Part shown: positions 25,660 through 37,710 of the stretch, piece by piece
How positions within the stretch are numbered: the stretch's first letter is position 1
Layout: every line of letters starts with the position of its first letter
NCBI GenBank assembly: GCA_030390025.1
Contig: CM059432.1
Coordinates: 79,796,001 to 79,860,000 of the forward strand
Reading direction: 5' to 3'
Length of the DNA stretch: 64,000 bases
DNA from: Squalus acanthias
Lineage: Eukaryota
Position numbers and translations under genes: made by a program
Notes under the pieces: generated by a model
Databases searched by the model: none
The model's input: the letters and a program-made list of their open reading frames with translations, nothing else
Told to the model about the DNA's origin: nothing

Positions 25660-26595
25660 GCTGATGTCACTAAGTTAGGTGGCACAGTAAGTAGTGTAGA
25701 TGGGAGCAGAACATTGCAAAGGGATGTTGATAGAAAAGTGAGTGGGCAAAACTGTGGTAGATGGAGTTCAATGTAGGGAAGTGTGAGGTCATCCACTATG
25801 GACCTGGGAAAGACAGATCAGAGTATTTTCTAAATGGTGAGAAGCTAGGAACTGTGGAGGAGCAGAAAAAGTTAGGGATCCAAGTTCAGAAATCACTAAA
25901 AGCTAGTGGACAGGTACAAAAAATAATTTAAAAAGCTAATGGAATGTTGGCCTTTATCTCCAGGGGATTGGAATACAAAGGGGTGGAAGTTATGTTAGTT
26001 ATATAGAGCTCTGGTTAGACCCCATTTAGAGTACGACGTTCAGTTCTGGGCACCGCATATCAGGATGGATATGTTGGCTTTGGAGGGGGTGCAGCACAGA
26101 TTCACCAGAATGATACCAGTGCTAAAAGGGTTAAATTATGAGGACAGGTTGCATAGACTGGGCTTATGTTCCCTTGCGTATAGAAGATTAAGGGGTGATC
26201 TAATTGAGGTGTTTAAGATGCTTAAAGGAATTGATAGGGTAGATAGTGAGAAACTATTTCCTCTGGTTGTGGGGGTGGGGTGGGGGGGGGGGGGCGGCGG
26301 AGTCCAGAGCAAGGGTGCATAACCTTAAAATTAGAGCTAGGCCATTCAGGGGTGATGTCAGGAAGCAGTTCTTCACACAAAGGGTGCTGGAAATCTGGAA
26401 CTCTCTTCCCCCATAAAGCTATTGAGACCAGGTCAATTGAGAGTTTCAAAACAGATTGATGGATTTTTGTTAGGTAAGGGCATTAAGGGTTACGAAATCA
26501 AGGCGGGTAGATGGAGTTAAGATGCAGATCAGCTATGATCTAATTGAATGGCGGAACAGGCTCGTGGGACTGAATGGCCCATTCCTGCTCCTATG
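25660..26595 (+). mobile_element. CR1 3' fragment
   Basis: LEGVQHRFTRMIP...RLRGDLIEVFK ORF plus the CR1 3' UTR. Confidence 0.85.
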
Positions 26596-27517
26596 AATTT
26601 ATTTACTTTTTGCATGATGACCTGCATCAGAATTGTATCTTGCAAATTTTGCCCAGCAGTTCAATGTTGGATAATTTTCATGTTTCAGAGTTATGCTTAT
26701 CCTCAAGAAGCCTTTCCTTAATGGGTGTCTCTGTTCTTTCCTGAAAACACTAAGTTATTATGAAATTACAAAGAAACCAGCAAGACTCCAGAGTTGTAGT
26801 GACATTGTCATCCTTCAGTGTTGGGGACCAAGGAATTGGCACTATAATGTTTGGTCTGTCCTCTTACATTAGTAGGAAGGAGCAAAATGGTCTTTCCCAC
26901 TCTTCTCTTCTCACCCCCCCCCCCCCCAAAAAAAAGTTGGTTAGCCTCCCCATTCCCCTTCTATATCATTCATGAGGAATTGGCAAGTGGTTAATAAGCT
27001 GCCTACAACTTTACAGATACACTTTGTGCATGCCTGTGCTTGCTAATTACATAAGAGCACATGCCAACAATTGGCAAGTCAGGGATGCTGCTACTTGGGG
27101 AAGAAGAAAAACTGATAGAAGGACAATGAGCTGGATACAAAAGGTACCTCCACTGAGATAAATAAACTGATTTTTGTTTCACTAGTTTTATGCCCGAATA
27201 GCTTCACTGCTCAAAACTGACATTTACAACATTCTAGAGAAAGTGGAAGTGCAGTGCTTTAGTGCATGTGGAAGAATGTGGGTAATTGGCCATATTTCAC
27301 ATTTTCTTGGTTTATTTCTAATTAGGAAACCTAGTGATGGCCAACATCCATAGTGTAGTTCACCTCCAGAATAAGGGGTGAGGGGAGAGAATTAAGGTGT
27401 GGTGATTATCTGATGTCAGGTTTGAGTTTTAAAAGCCCACAGGTTGGAAGAGAAAGGAGAGACTGAGTTAAGTTGCAATTTTGAGGCCATGGAAAGTGAG
27501 TTGGAGTAGGAGGCATT

Positions 27518-28031
27518 GGCCTAGAAATTCAGGTGCAGGATACTTACCCTATGCATGAATGGTATGTTCCAAAGAGCCCTGGATATTGGGCCTTGGACTT
27601 GATTCGTATAGGTACAGCACTGCTGGAGGAGGCCAAGAAGGTAAATGGTGGCAGCTAGCGCCATAGCGGCACACAGGTAAGTGATGCCCTTGGGTGGAGT
27701 GGGGGGGGGGTGGTTTACGGGTATGGAGTGGGGTGAGGTTGGGCTGAGGGTGATGGAGAGAAGGGGTTGGCGCCAGAGCGCCTGGAGGCCAGGGCCGAGG
27801 GGGGTAGGGGCCTGGGAGTCGATGATTTTGGGACCCTTATTTGCATATGCAAAGGGCCCAACATCTGCTTCACATGTGAGTAAAGGATGCCTTTTGTTTG
27901 TTTTTACCCAAAATGGCAGCCGGCCCACTTCCAGTTGGAAGTGCACACTCTTATCCTGCCTGCCATTTTGGGGACTTGGGAAGCTGTGTAGCACCTGAAA
28001 AATGGACGCCGTGCAGCCCAATTTCCAGGCC
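27518..28031. mobile_element. Harbinger-type MITE related (inverted) to the left part of 15771-17333
   Basis: Ends GGCCTAGAAATT / AATTTCCAGGCC; 27820-27930 resembles the reverse complement of 15840-15930. Confidence 0.65.
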
Positions 28032-28408
28032 AAAGTGTTGTAGGATGCCGTATTTGGGATTTGGGTGGTACAAGAGCAGAAAGTTCAGAGGAGCATTGAC
28101 TATAGTATTGCTGATAGAGATGAGTGAGGTTGCAGGCTAATGGTTAAGAGTAAGATCACCTAACAGCTGATGAGCTGTTTTGTGTATCCTATCCAGGAAT
28201 GTGGGAGAGGAATTTTAAGAGCCTCCTCAGATATGGGAATTGTGTTCTGTCTTGGACAAAATTGGGCTTACTAGGAAGTTGTTGAAAAGAAAAGAAACCT
28301 TTAGCACAAAACATAAACCTTTCTTGAACACAGGTTTAACAATGAAGGAGAAGTTCTATTTGAGATCAAAAGAGAGTGCCCCCAAGAAGGTCAGTAGACA
28401 AAGACTAA

Positions 28409-29041
28409 GGCTGGAATTTTCCCCTAAAAGAAAATGGGTGGGTTTGGAGCGTGGGGGCAGTTAAAGTGTTAAAAATGGAATTCCTGACCTGATCCCGCCT
28501 CCAACCCGCTCCCAGGGGGCATTACCTCAATTTAAATATTGTAATGAGTCTGGAAGCATCTTTTTCCCCCTCCATTTTGTGTTTAACTGCATGGGGACGG
28601 GTTTCACAATTTGTGAAACCTGACAGTTAAACAGAGCTGGGGACTGCTGCATCCCGGAGGTAAGTGGCTTTAGACCTACCTCCTAGATCCAGGGTCCCTA
28701 CCTAACCCACCCCCCGCAATCGGAGGACCCCCCCCCCCCCCCGCAAATGAGGCTTCCGATCACCTTCCCAGGCCTCTCCTCCAGCTCCCCCCCTGCCCCC
28801 AACGATGATGATGTGGCTGGCCCCGATCCTCTCTCGCCACCCCCACCTGGACCGGCCCCTCGCTTCTGAGGCCTACCCGCCCACAGCCAACCAGCCTCTC
28901 AAGCTGGCTGGCTGCGGACGAGAATCTGAGGCCTCACATTCAAATCAGGCCCTGCAGGAAACCTGGCCTTCCGGGTTTCCCTCCCATCCGCCTCGGAGGC
29001 CCCCCCATCACCAACCCGCCTACCTGGGGAAAATGCCGGCC
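28409..29041. mobile_element. Harbinger-type MITE (633 bp)
   Basis: TIRs GGCTGGAATTTT / AAAATGCCGGCC, flanks TAA/TTA, CCCGCC subterminal motifs. Confidence 0.75.
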
Positions 29042-29927
29042 TTAGTGTTGAGGCATCAACGACGTGAGGTGATAGCTCTTCCTTCAATTGTCTCAAATTT
29101 AATCAAGAAAAATTCTCACTGTCCCACTGAAGTTCGTGAAGGAGCTCCAAATGTCAGTGATTAACCATAACATTGAAAGGAATAAAGGCTGTGTGCACTG
29201 AGTGAGTTGAATGTAGAGTAGAATCAACAGTACAAATGTGTATAAGGTTTAATGATGAGTAAAGGAAGTTATTTATATAGAAATAAGCCGAGTAGGAGAT
29301 ACAGAGCCCTGGGAAGCCATATGTTGATGGAGAAAGATTTGAAGAATAAGCCATCAACTTCAGCGCAGTTACTGATAAGAGGAATCTAACAAACCATGAA
29401 GACAATATTATGGTAACTTGTTTAGAAGGCAAGAGCCTGCTTTGGAGTGTCCAAGGTAATGATAAATGAATCACCAAAGCACTCCGGATCAATTCGGAAG
29501 ATGTGCAATGAAGGAGGAAGAATCACTAGTGGATCAGCGATGCCAAAAAACTATATTTATGATCATGGAATAAGTCAGCAATTTCAAGCTGATTAATAAT
29601 TAAGTTTACACTAACTTCCATAACTTTAAAATGTACAAATATAAGGCAGGCTAAGAATATTAAACCAAGTTTTAATGCCAGAATGGTAGAATGGGGTGCA
29701 AATTAGCAAAATTTCAGTACCTTCAGTGGCACAGATAGAAGGATCAGAACAGTAACAGCAGCTAAAAAGACTTTTATATCTGCTAGACTAGGCAAATGGA
29801 TAGGGTTCATAATTTGTTGCCGTTTTCCTCCACTGTTCATGTCTTTCAGGCCAAAATGCAGGTGTAAAACATAGTGTAAGAGAGCAAGAGTTCCATATAC
29901 TGGCTTCTTAATTTATACTACTAGGCG

Positions 29928-30102
29928 CAATGTTCTCACTAAATTGTCTTTGTTGGGCGCGGCCTCTTTATTTCAGTGTGCAGTCCCTTTAGATTTTCTG
30001 CGCATGCGCAGTATTTCAGATGGAAAAGCTTGTGAGCAGCCTGCGTGGTACCTTCCAGATTATTGCGCAGCCGTGCATGCCCACAACTTAAAGGGAACAT
30101 TG
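29928..30102. mobile_element. hAT-like MITE (175 bp)
   Basis: TIRs CAATGTTCTC / GGGAACATTG and an 8-bp TSD ACTAGG(C/T)G. A related copy starts at 22275. Confidence 0.75.
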
Positions 30103-30444
30103 ACTAGGTGGGGTTTACTTGCAGTTCAGCTACTAAAAATAGGCTAGCATTTGTTCCTAACAATCTGGCAGTTAATGGCATGGCCGTGAGGAAGATGAGA
30201 GTATGCATATTTACTTCCTGGATTTGAAAATTATATCCAAAAGTCATGCAACTCTAACTTAAGGTCAGATAGGGTTATTTTTGATTGCCGGGTCCTGAAC
30301 TACTTGCTGAACTTGTTCAATTAGACTGAGAAGGAGTGAGTCCTCAAGGCAGTTTAGAGTGTACTATATGTGTAGCAGTTGGTTCTACTTCTCTTGTATT
30401 TGGAGCGCACACCATGATTTTCAGGTTTATGAAAGGGACCTATA

Positions 30445-32225
30445 AACATAAGAACATAAGAAATAAGAGCAGGAGTAGGCCATACAGCCCCTCGAGCCTG
30501 CTCCGCCATTCAGTAAGATCATGGCTGATCATTGACCTCAACTCCACTTTCCCGCCCGATCTCCATGTCCCTTGATTCCCCTAGAGTCCAAAAATCTATC
30601 TATCTTAGCCTTGAATATACTCAAAGACTCAGCATCCACAGCCCTCTGGGGGCAGAGAATTCCAAAGATTCACAACCCTCTGAGTGAAGAAATTCCTCCT
30701 CCTCTCAGTCTTAAATGGCCTACCCCTTATCCTGAGACTATGCCCCCTAATTCTAGACACTCCAGCCAGGGGAAACAACCCCTCAGCATCTACCCTGTCA
30801 ATCCCCTTCAGAATCTTGTATGTTTCAATGAGATCACCTCTCATTCTTCTAAACTCCAGGGAGTATAGGCCCATTCTACACAATCTCTCATCATAGGACA
30901 GCCCCCTCATCCCAGGAATCAATCTAGTGAACCTTCATTGTACCGCCTCCAAGGCAAGTATATCCTTCCTTAGATAAGGAGACCAAAACTGTGCACAGTA
31001 CTCCAGGTGTGATCTCACCAAGGTCCTGTACAATTGTAGCAAGACTTCCTTACTCTTATACTCCAACCCCCTTGCAATAAAGGCCAACATGCTATTTGCC
31101 TTCCTTATTGCTTGCTGTACCTGCACGCTAGCTTTCTGTGTTTCTTGCACAAGGACACCCAAATCTCTCTGAACGCCAACATTTGAAAGTTTCTCACCAT
31201 TTAAAAAATATCCTGTTTTTCTATTCTTCCTACCAAAGTGAATAACCTCACATTTCCCTACATTATTCTCCATCTGCCACCTTACTGCCCACTCAATTAG
31301 TCTATCTATATCCCTTTGCAGACTCTTTGGCCGCGATTTTGTAAATGGATGCAGCTTGGGAGCGGGTCAGCTGGTTCCCGGGTTCCAGTCCCACCCCCAA
31401 CTGCATCCGGCCCACGGACATGATTTTACGTCAATTGGCTTTATTAAGCCCGCCCTGCGGGCTTGCCAGCCAATTAAGAGGAAGCCGGTCAGATGACATC
31501 ATTTGATGACGCATCATCTGCCGGTTTTCTTAAAGGGACCACGCACAATTTTTCTTTGACAGCTCATTTCTCGGTGTTTGACAGCATTGAGGTGCTGCAA
31601 ACATTGACGATCACTGTACAAAGGTGAGCTCTTGCACCTAGGCTCTCCAGTGACTCCCTCCTTAGGCTAGAACAGATGACAGCTGCAGGTGAGGTTACAG
31701 AAGCGATCTGTCCCTGATGAGAGAGGTTCTCCCAATGAGGTGGCACTAGACAGCCAATTCAAAACTTGTTACATACAGAAAAGTGTAAATGCATTAAAAA
31801 GTGATTTCCCCAACATTTTCTTACCTCTGAAACTCACCAGTTCACCATTGGATCACTTCTGCAGCTGTCCTCAATGCAGAAACATTACAGCAGACTCACA
31901 ACACGCCACACTTATCTGGCGTGGTGTCCGGACATCGGGGAACCCGAGGCAGAAGCGTCAAAATTGAAAAAGAGCCTGTTAACAAGAAGCAAGTACCTGG
32001 CTGTAAGTGGCTATAATCCTCTTCCCGCCGCTAGGTGTCGGGTCCATGTGCAAATCGGGGACCCGACGCTTGGGAAGATTGATTGGAGGCGGGTTGACAG
32101 TGGGTTTCCTACCCGCTGTCAATCTTTGCGATTTTGACAACGGTCCCGCCTCCAATCCTGCATTCTGAGGACCGGCAAAAATTCCGGCCTTTGTGTTCTC
32201 CTCACAGCTTACTGTCCCACCTATA
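30445..32225 (-). mobile_element. CR1/HER1 3' fragment interrupted by a MITE at 31329-32189
   Basis: RT C-terminal ORFs 30629-31273 and a (AACATAAG)n tail; the CR1 sequence resumes at 32190. Confidence 0.9.
31329..32189. mobile_element. Harbinger-type MITE (861 bp)
   Basis: TIRs GGCCGCGATTTT / AAAATTCCGGCC with a perfect TTT TSD. Paralog of 54574-55436. Confidence 0.9.
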
Positions 32226-33568
32226 AATAAAATTCAAACATCCTTCAAATTTAACACTTCAGTATGGCTACTGTAGAGGCCCTTGGATTGTAAAACTGTT
32301 TTGCTATGGTAGTGAAGTGCATGTTAGGTTGGCACAGCCACCTGATCTCATTTACCATTTAGATTCAGTTTTTCTCCATTCTGATTTGGGGTGCTGTTTA
32401 TTACATGTGTTTCCTCAAGTGTTCATTTCATGCAAGTATTCACATCCAATACTGTAATCTATTAATTTAATTACACAATTTGGCTTCAATTGAAGTAATA
32501 GTCCCTTGCCAAAATACCCCAAGAATATTCGTATTTTTTCTTTAATAAATTTGTTTAAATACATTTTAATTAATATGCAATTTTGCTAAAGTTGGGAGAA
32601 CTTGTGTTGATTATCTTAATCGATCTTACCACTGAATCTTTTAAAATACCCCTTGCCCTTCCCCCTCCCCAATTTTTTAATGATTAAAATTCTCACCTTT
32701 TCCATTTTAATTTGAGTAATGTTATTTTACCAAAACCCACTACAGTATATTTTGCTTGCCTCTGGTTTCGGGGAGTATTTTTCGGTCTGCACCTTTCAAA
32801 TCAAGGAGAGGCCAGCTGACCCGAATCTCTGAAAAGAATAAGAAAAGACAGGCAACTTTCATAGTTGGTGAGGAAAAGATTAATAAGCAGCTATGAAAAT
32901 AAAGTAATTATAGTAGCTGGAGTTGTGAACTATATTATCTTCTACTATACAAACAGCTAGTAAAATTTAAAATAATTGTAAATATATATGTTGATGTAGG
33001 CTTGCATCTATACTTCCTAACGTAGTGAATTTCAAATCTCAACTGAGCTGTCCAGGAGAGATGGCAAGTGTAAGTGAGGTGCCTCTGTACAAGAAGGCAG
33101 AGAGCGCCAAGTTGCAGTGTGCATCTGTTAGTTTGAGTGCCATTAATTGAAAGATGGAAGCCTCTCCCCCAATAACGCAATCAAGGAATGGTACCTAAGA
33201 GATTTTAGTGAGGCGGGGTGGGTGGACTGGGGGGAAGAGGTGGAAGTAGAACATTTTTAAACTTAACTTTGTTCAGAAGTACTTTAATGGTGTAATTGTA
33301 GGTTGTGAGTTTTCAGTGTATTCACCTCTATTTTCATTGGGCTGTGAAAGGGAGTATGTCTTAGCATCCAAATACAGAGCAGTTGCAGCAAAGCTTAAGA
33401 CTAGGGTACCTGTTCACTTACTTCCCTGGAAATGGTGTTTAGGGTGGGAGAAGGAATCTACAATGTACATTTCATGAAATGGTCTCTAATATATTAAATT
33501 CCAGAATAAATGCAAAACTTTGTTTATTGTATGATTTTAATTGTGACATACAGGCTTCTGCTATATGT

Positions 33569-33680
33569 TAGCAAAATACTGCGGATGCAGACGGTTCTGA
33601 CGAAAGGTCATCGACCTGAAACGTTAACTCTCTTTCTCTCTCCACGGATGTTGTCTGGCCTGCTGAGTTTTTCCAGTTTT
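33569..33680 (+). mobile_element. Penelope-like non-autonomous mini-element with a minimal type I hammerhead ribozyme core
   Basis: CTGACGA-A-AGGTC(ATC)GACCT-GAAACGTT core; 14-bp TSD CTTCTGCTATATGT at 33555-33568 and 33681-33694. Confidence 0.75.
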
Positions 33681-33924
33681 CTTCTGCTATATGTGTTCAC
33701 TTAAATTGTGCCAAAAACGAATACCAATATATGTTTGTGTATGGTTGAAAATTCTAAGCCTTTACAATTTGCGATGACTTGAGAAGAAGGTACACAGAAT
33801 TTTTGAAAGAGACGGTTGTGAAAATCAACACCTTTCACAGAATTATTGCTGACATATGTGGTCAGTTACATAACTGAATATAACTAAAAGGACTTTATTA
33901 GTTTTTAAAAGTAAACCTTCATGA

Positions 33925-34840
33925 ATTAGTTGGTAGCACTTTTGTTGCTAAATTGTGGTTTCAAGCTCCACTATGAAACTGGAGCACATAATCTAATCCA
34001 ACACTTCAGTGGAGAACTGAGAGAATATTGCACTATTGGGGGTGCAATCTTTCAAATGAGCATCAAACTTGGTTATACACAAAAAATCCTTTGGCACTAT
34101 TCAAAAATGTGCAGGGAGTTTTTGAGATGTCCTGTCCATCATTCCTCCTTCAATAACACCTCTTAAAAACAAACTATTCAATCAGTTTGCTGTTTGTTGG
34201 ACCTTCCTGTGCCATGGAGGGGGTGCAGCGGCGATTCACCAGGCTGATACCAGGAATGGCGGGATTGACCTATGAGGAGAGACTATGTAGTTTAGGGATG
34301 TACACACTGGAGTTTAGAAGATTGAGAGGGGACCTCATAGAAGTGTATAAAATTCTGACAGGTCTAGACAGATTAGATGCAGAAGGAATGTTTCCCTTGG
34401 CGGGTGAGAACAGAACTAGAGGACATAATTTAAGGATAAGGGCTAAACCATTTAGGACAGAAATGAGGGGGAATTTCTTCACTCAGAGGGTGGTGAACCT
34501 GTGGAACTCATTGCCACAGAGGGCAGTGTACGCCAGCTCATTAAATATATTTAAGAGGGAATTAGATATATTTCTACAGGCAAAAGGGGTTAAGGGTTAC
34601 GGAGAGAAGGCGGGGACGGGATACTGAATTGGAGGATCAGCCATGATCTCATTAAATGGCGGAGCAGGCTCGAAGGGCCGGATGGCCTACTCCTGCTCCT
34701 ATCTTCTATGTATCTATGTATGTGTTGGCTGCCACGTTTGCCTACATAACAATGACTGCACTTCAAAAGTAATCCATTGGTTGTAAAGTGTTTTGAGATG
34801 TCATGAGGTTGTGATAAGATTCTATATAAATGCAAGTTTG
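33925..34840 (+). mobile_element. Deu-SINE (SacSINE1-like) split by a CR1 3' fragment at about 34211-34724
   Basis: Colinear with 39832-40220 on both sides of an intact CR1 C-terminal ORF and tail. Confidence 0.75.
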
Positions 34841-34885
34841 TTTTTTTATTTGTAATGTGGACTTTTTCTACCTGTGTTTTAACAG

Positions 34886-35012
34886 AGGAAAAGAAAGATA
34901 TAATTAGTGAACTGTCAGCCTTGAGGAGACAGCTACGAAGTGAGGAACGTCGCCTTGAGGGGCATTTTCAAAATGCTGACAAGGAAGATGATGCAACATT
35001 TGCTATGGCCAA
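34886..35012 (+). CDS. CSPP1: CSPP1 exon (EEKKDIISELSALRRQLRSEERRLEG...AMA)
   Basis: AACAG acceptor, GTAAAA donor, 127 nt phase 1/2. QLRSEERRL motif. Confidence 0.92.
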
Positions 35013-35159
35013 GTAAAAAAAAAATCTAATTTTAGTAACTAGATTAATTTTGGGAAAGCTGTGTTTAAAGGATATGGGAAAAGGATAGGAGGATGTTCAA
35101 TATTTTACCTGCCCACATGCATAACACTGCACTTTTCTAAGTTAAACATCATTTGGCAG

Positions 35160-35910
35160 TCATGAGCCCAAACCCCCAACACATCTAGATCTACCTGTAG
35201 TAGTCGAGCATCGTCTATAGTCCTGACACTCATAAATCTTAGTGTCATCTGCAAACTTGCAGATCGTGCCTCCAACACCTGCATCTAGATCATTAATAAA
35301 AATAGTGAAGAGCAATGGTCCCTGCAGGACACCACTGGTGACCGGTCTCCATGCAGACCCAAATCCATCTATAACTACTTTCTGCCTACGGCCTTCCAGC
35401 CAGTTCTCAATCCAGCTCAATATATTACGGCTAATAGGATTTTGTAGAGAAGCCTCTTATGTGGTACCTTGTCAAAAGCTTGTTGAAAGTCTTAGTAGAC
35501 AATGTTTACTGGGTTTCCCTCATCCACCATCTTGGTGACTTCTTCAAAAAATACAATCAAACTTGTAAGACATGACTTTTTTTGAAGCCATTTTGAGTGT
35601 CCCTAATATGTCCCGCTCTGGCTTAAGTAGTCATTTATTGCATCTTTAATGATTCTCTCAAGTGTTTTCCCTATTCCTCACATTAAACTAATGGGCCTAT
35701 AATTACCCAGGTCTGTCTTATCTCCTTTTTTAAAGATGGGGACTACGTTAGTCTCCTTCCAGTCTAAGGAAGTGTCCCAGAGTGCAGCGAGCTATTAACA
35801 ATATGAGCAAGGAGCTTGTACAGTATGTGTCCCATCTCCCTGAGGACCCTCAGATGGCTATCATCCAGATCAGCAGCCCTATCTATTTTAAGGTTCCGAA
35901 TTCTATCTTT
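35160..35910 (-). mobile_element. CR1 RT fragment
   Basis: [13 protein letters not shown]...FINDLD...KFADDTK. Confidence 0.8.
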
Positions 35911-35946
35911 ACACAATGGGTCAAATGGCGTGCTTGTGTGCTATAA

Positions 35947-36440
35947 ATGCATACAAAGTACTCACACCTGCTCTATTTCTATTAATACTCATCAAGTACA
36001 GAGTGTGCCCACCCAGTAGAGTTTTTGAGGTTGGGTGGTTCCAGAGCAAATTTCAAGCCAGACTAAAGTTCTGGAGCCACTCCCCGTAGCAGAGTGGCTC
36101 TGAAAGAAAGAAGAGCCAAAATGTTGGGTCGCCACAAAGACAGAAAATTCATGGTATTTCAAAACAAAAATATATATAATTTTTTGCCAGGTAGAGTGCT
36201 GCAAATACTTTGAGCTGAAAATATTCCTCCTCCTAGTTGCGACAAACTCTAACTAATTATCTTTACAAGGCCTATTAAAAGATTTCCTTCTGCCTCTTAA
36301 AGACAACACAAAGCAGATTGTGCTTAGAAGGAACAAGAATCTAGGAGGAGGAATACTCAAACTCTACTGGGTGGGCACAGCTGCGAATTTAGTATGAGCA
36401 TCAATAGAAATGGAGCTGGGGCGAGTACTTTTGTATGCAT
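35947..36440. repeat. Unclassified fold-back element with about 85-bp imperfect terminal inverted repeats
   Basis: 35947-36029 is complementary to 36356-36440, with additional internal hairpins. Confidence 0.7.
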
Positions 36441-36777
36441 ATATCTTTTTTTTACTTTTCCAGATAGAGCTTGAACAAAAACTACTCCCTCTCCTGACGT
36501 GTTCAATTAGTACTGTACTCTCGAACCAGTAATTTTCTGCATAATTAGCTGAGCAGTTAGTTTGGAACTGTTCAGGTTCTTGCAAGTGACTGCCATTTAT
36601 TGTTGTACATTTGATTGAATAATGCAATTTTGACAGCTAAACTATGCTATTGTAAAGATCAATCTGTTGTTGATAGCAATAGTAACTGAATCTGTAAACA
36701 TAATTGGGATGAAATGTGCAGTCAATCCCATATCTCTTTGTAGCTAATATCCTTTATTTTTAAACGTTTCTCAAAAG

Positions 36778-36917
36778 GAAGCGAGAGAGAAATCATGTTG
36801 ATGTCTTTGATTTGGCTAGACAACGTATACAGGCCCTGGTACATCGACCTTCATCAAAAGGGATAGATTCTGTTAATTTACAAAATATTAGAGACTTCAA
36901 TGACCTGAAATACAGAG
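36778..36917 (+). CDS. CSPP1: CSPP1 exon (KRERNHVDVFDLARQRIQA...DFNDLKYR)
   Basis: AAG acceptor after a pyrimidine tract, GTAGGC donor, 140 nt phase 2/1. Confidence 0.9.
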
Positions 36918-37710
36918 GTAGGCTCAGATGTAATAATCATAATTTTTCTGGGTATAGGAGCTGAAATACTTTACTAAATACATACTTGTTTTTTTTTGTC
37001 TTTATTTTATAATTATCAACTGTGTTGGAAAACTGAATATTTTGTTCACAACAACATCCAACATTTTCAGTACTGGTGCTGAATGTCTGATTTGATTTCA
37101 GTGTTGTGGCCCAATATTCATTCTGATTTTACTGCTGTTGAGGGCATAAGTGAATATAATAATAAAAATCTGACATGAAGCTGTGAATTAATATGAATGT
37201 AACATCAAGTTGTGAATATTTGCAATACAAGTGTGGATGCATTCTTCAGGTTCTTCCCCAGCTATCATGAGCTTTATCCAATTAAACACAAAACACTTAA
37301 TATGCCTGAAACACTTTCCTAGTGAAGGAATAATCAAACAGCCAGTTAGCTAGTTGAATAGCCAACCAAGTTAAATGCTCTTCTTTTGGCATGATCAAGA
37401 TGTAATGCAATGTCGCTCCTTCTTGGATTTCAACAATGTGCTTCAACCCAAGACCAGGCTCATTCTAACACCAATATTGCATTTATGTTGACAACACCAA
37501 CTACTTTTTTGTTATTGATTTAATTGTTTTTTTTTTAATATTCATTCATGGGAATCATGATTATGCTTATGATGATGAATGTTAGTGTTGGGGAATGAAC
37601 AATGATCTGGTGTCCGCATCAAACATTTAAATGAAAAGAAAAGAATGTGCATTTATGCAGCACATTTCACCGCCTCAGAACAGTGGAGAGGTGCTTAAAT
37701 TCATGGCTTT

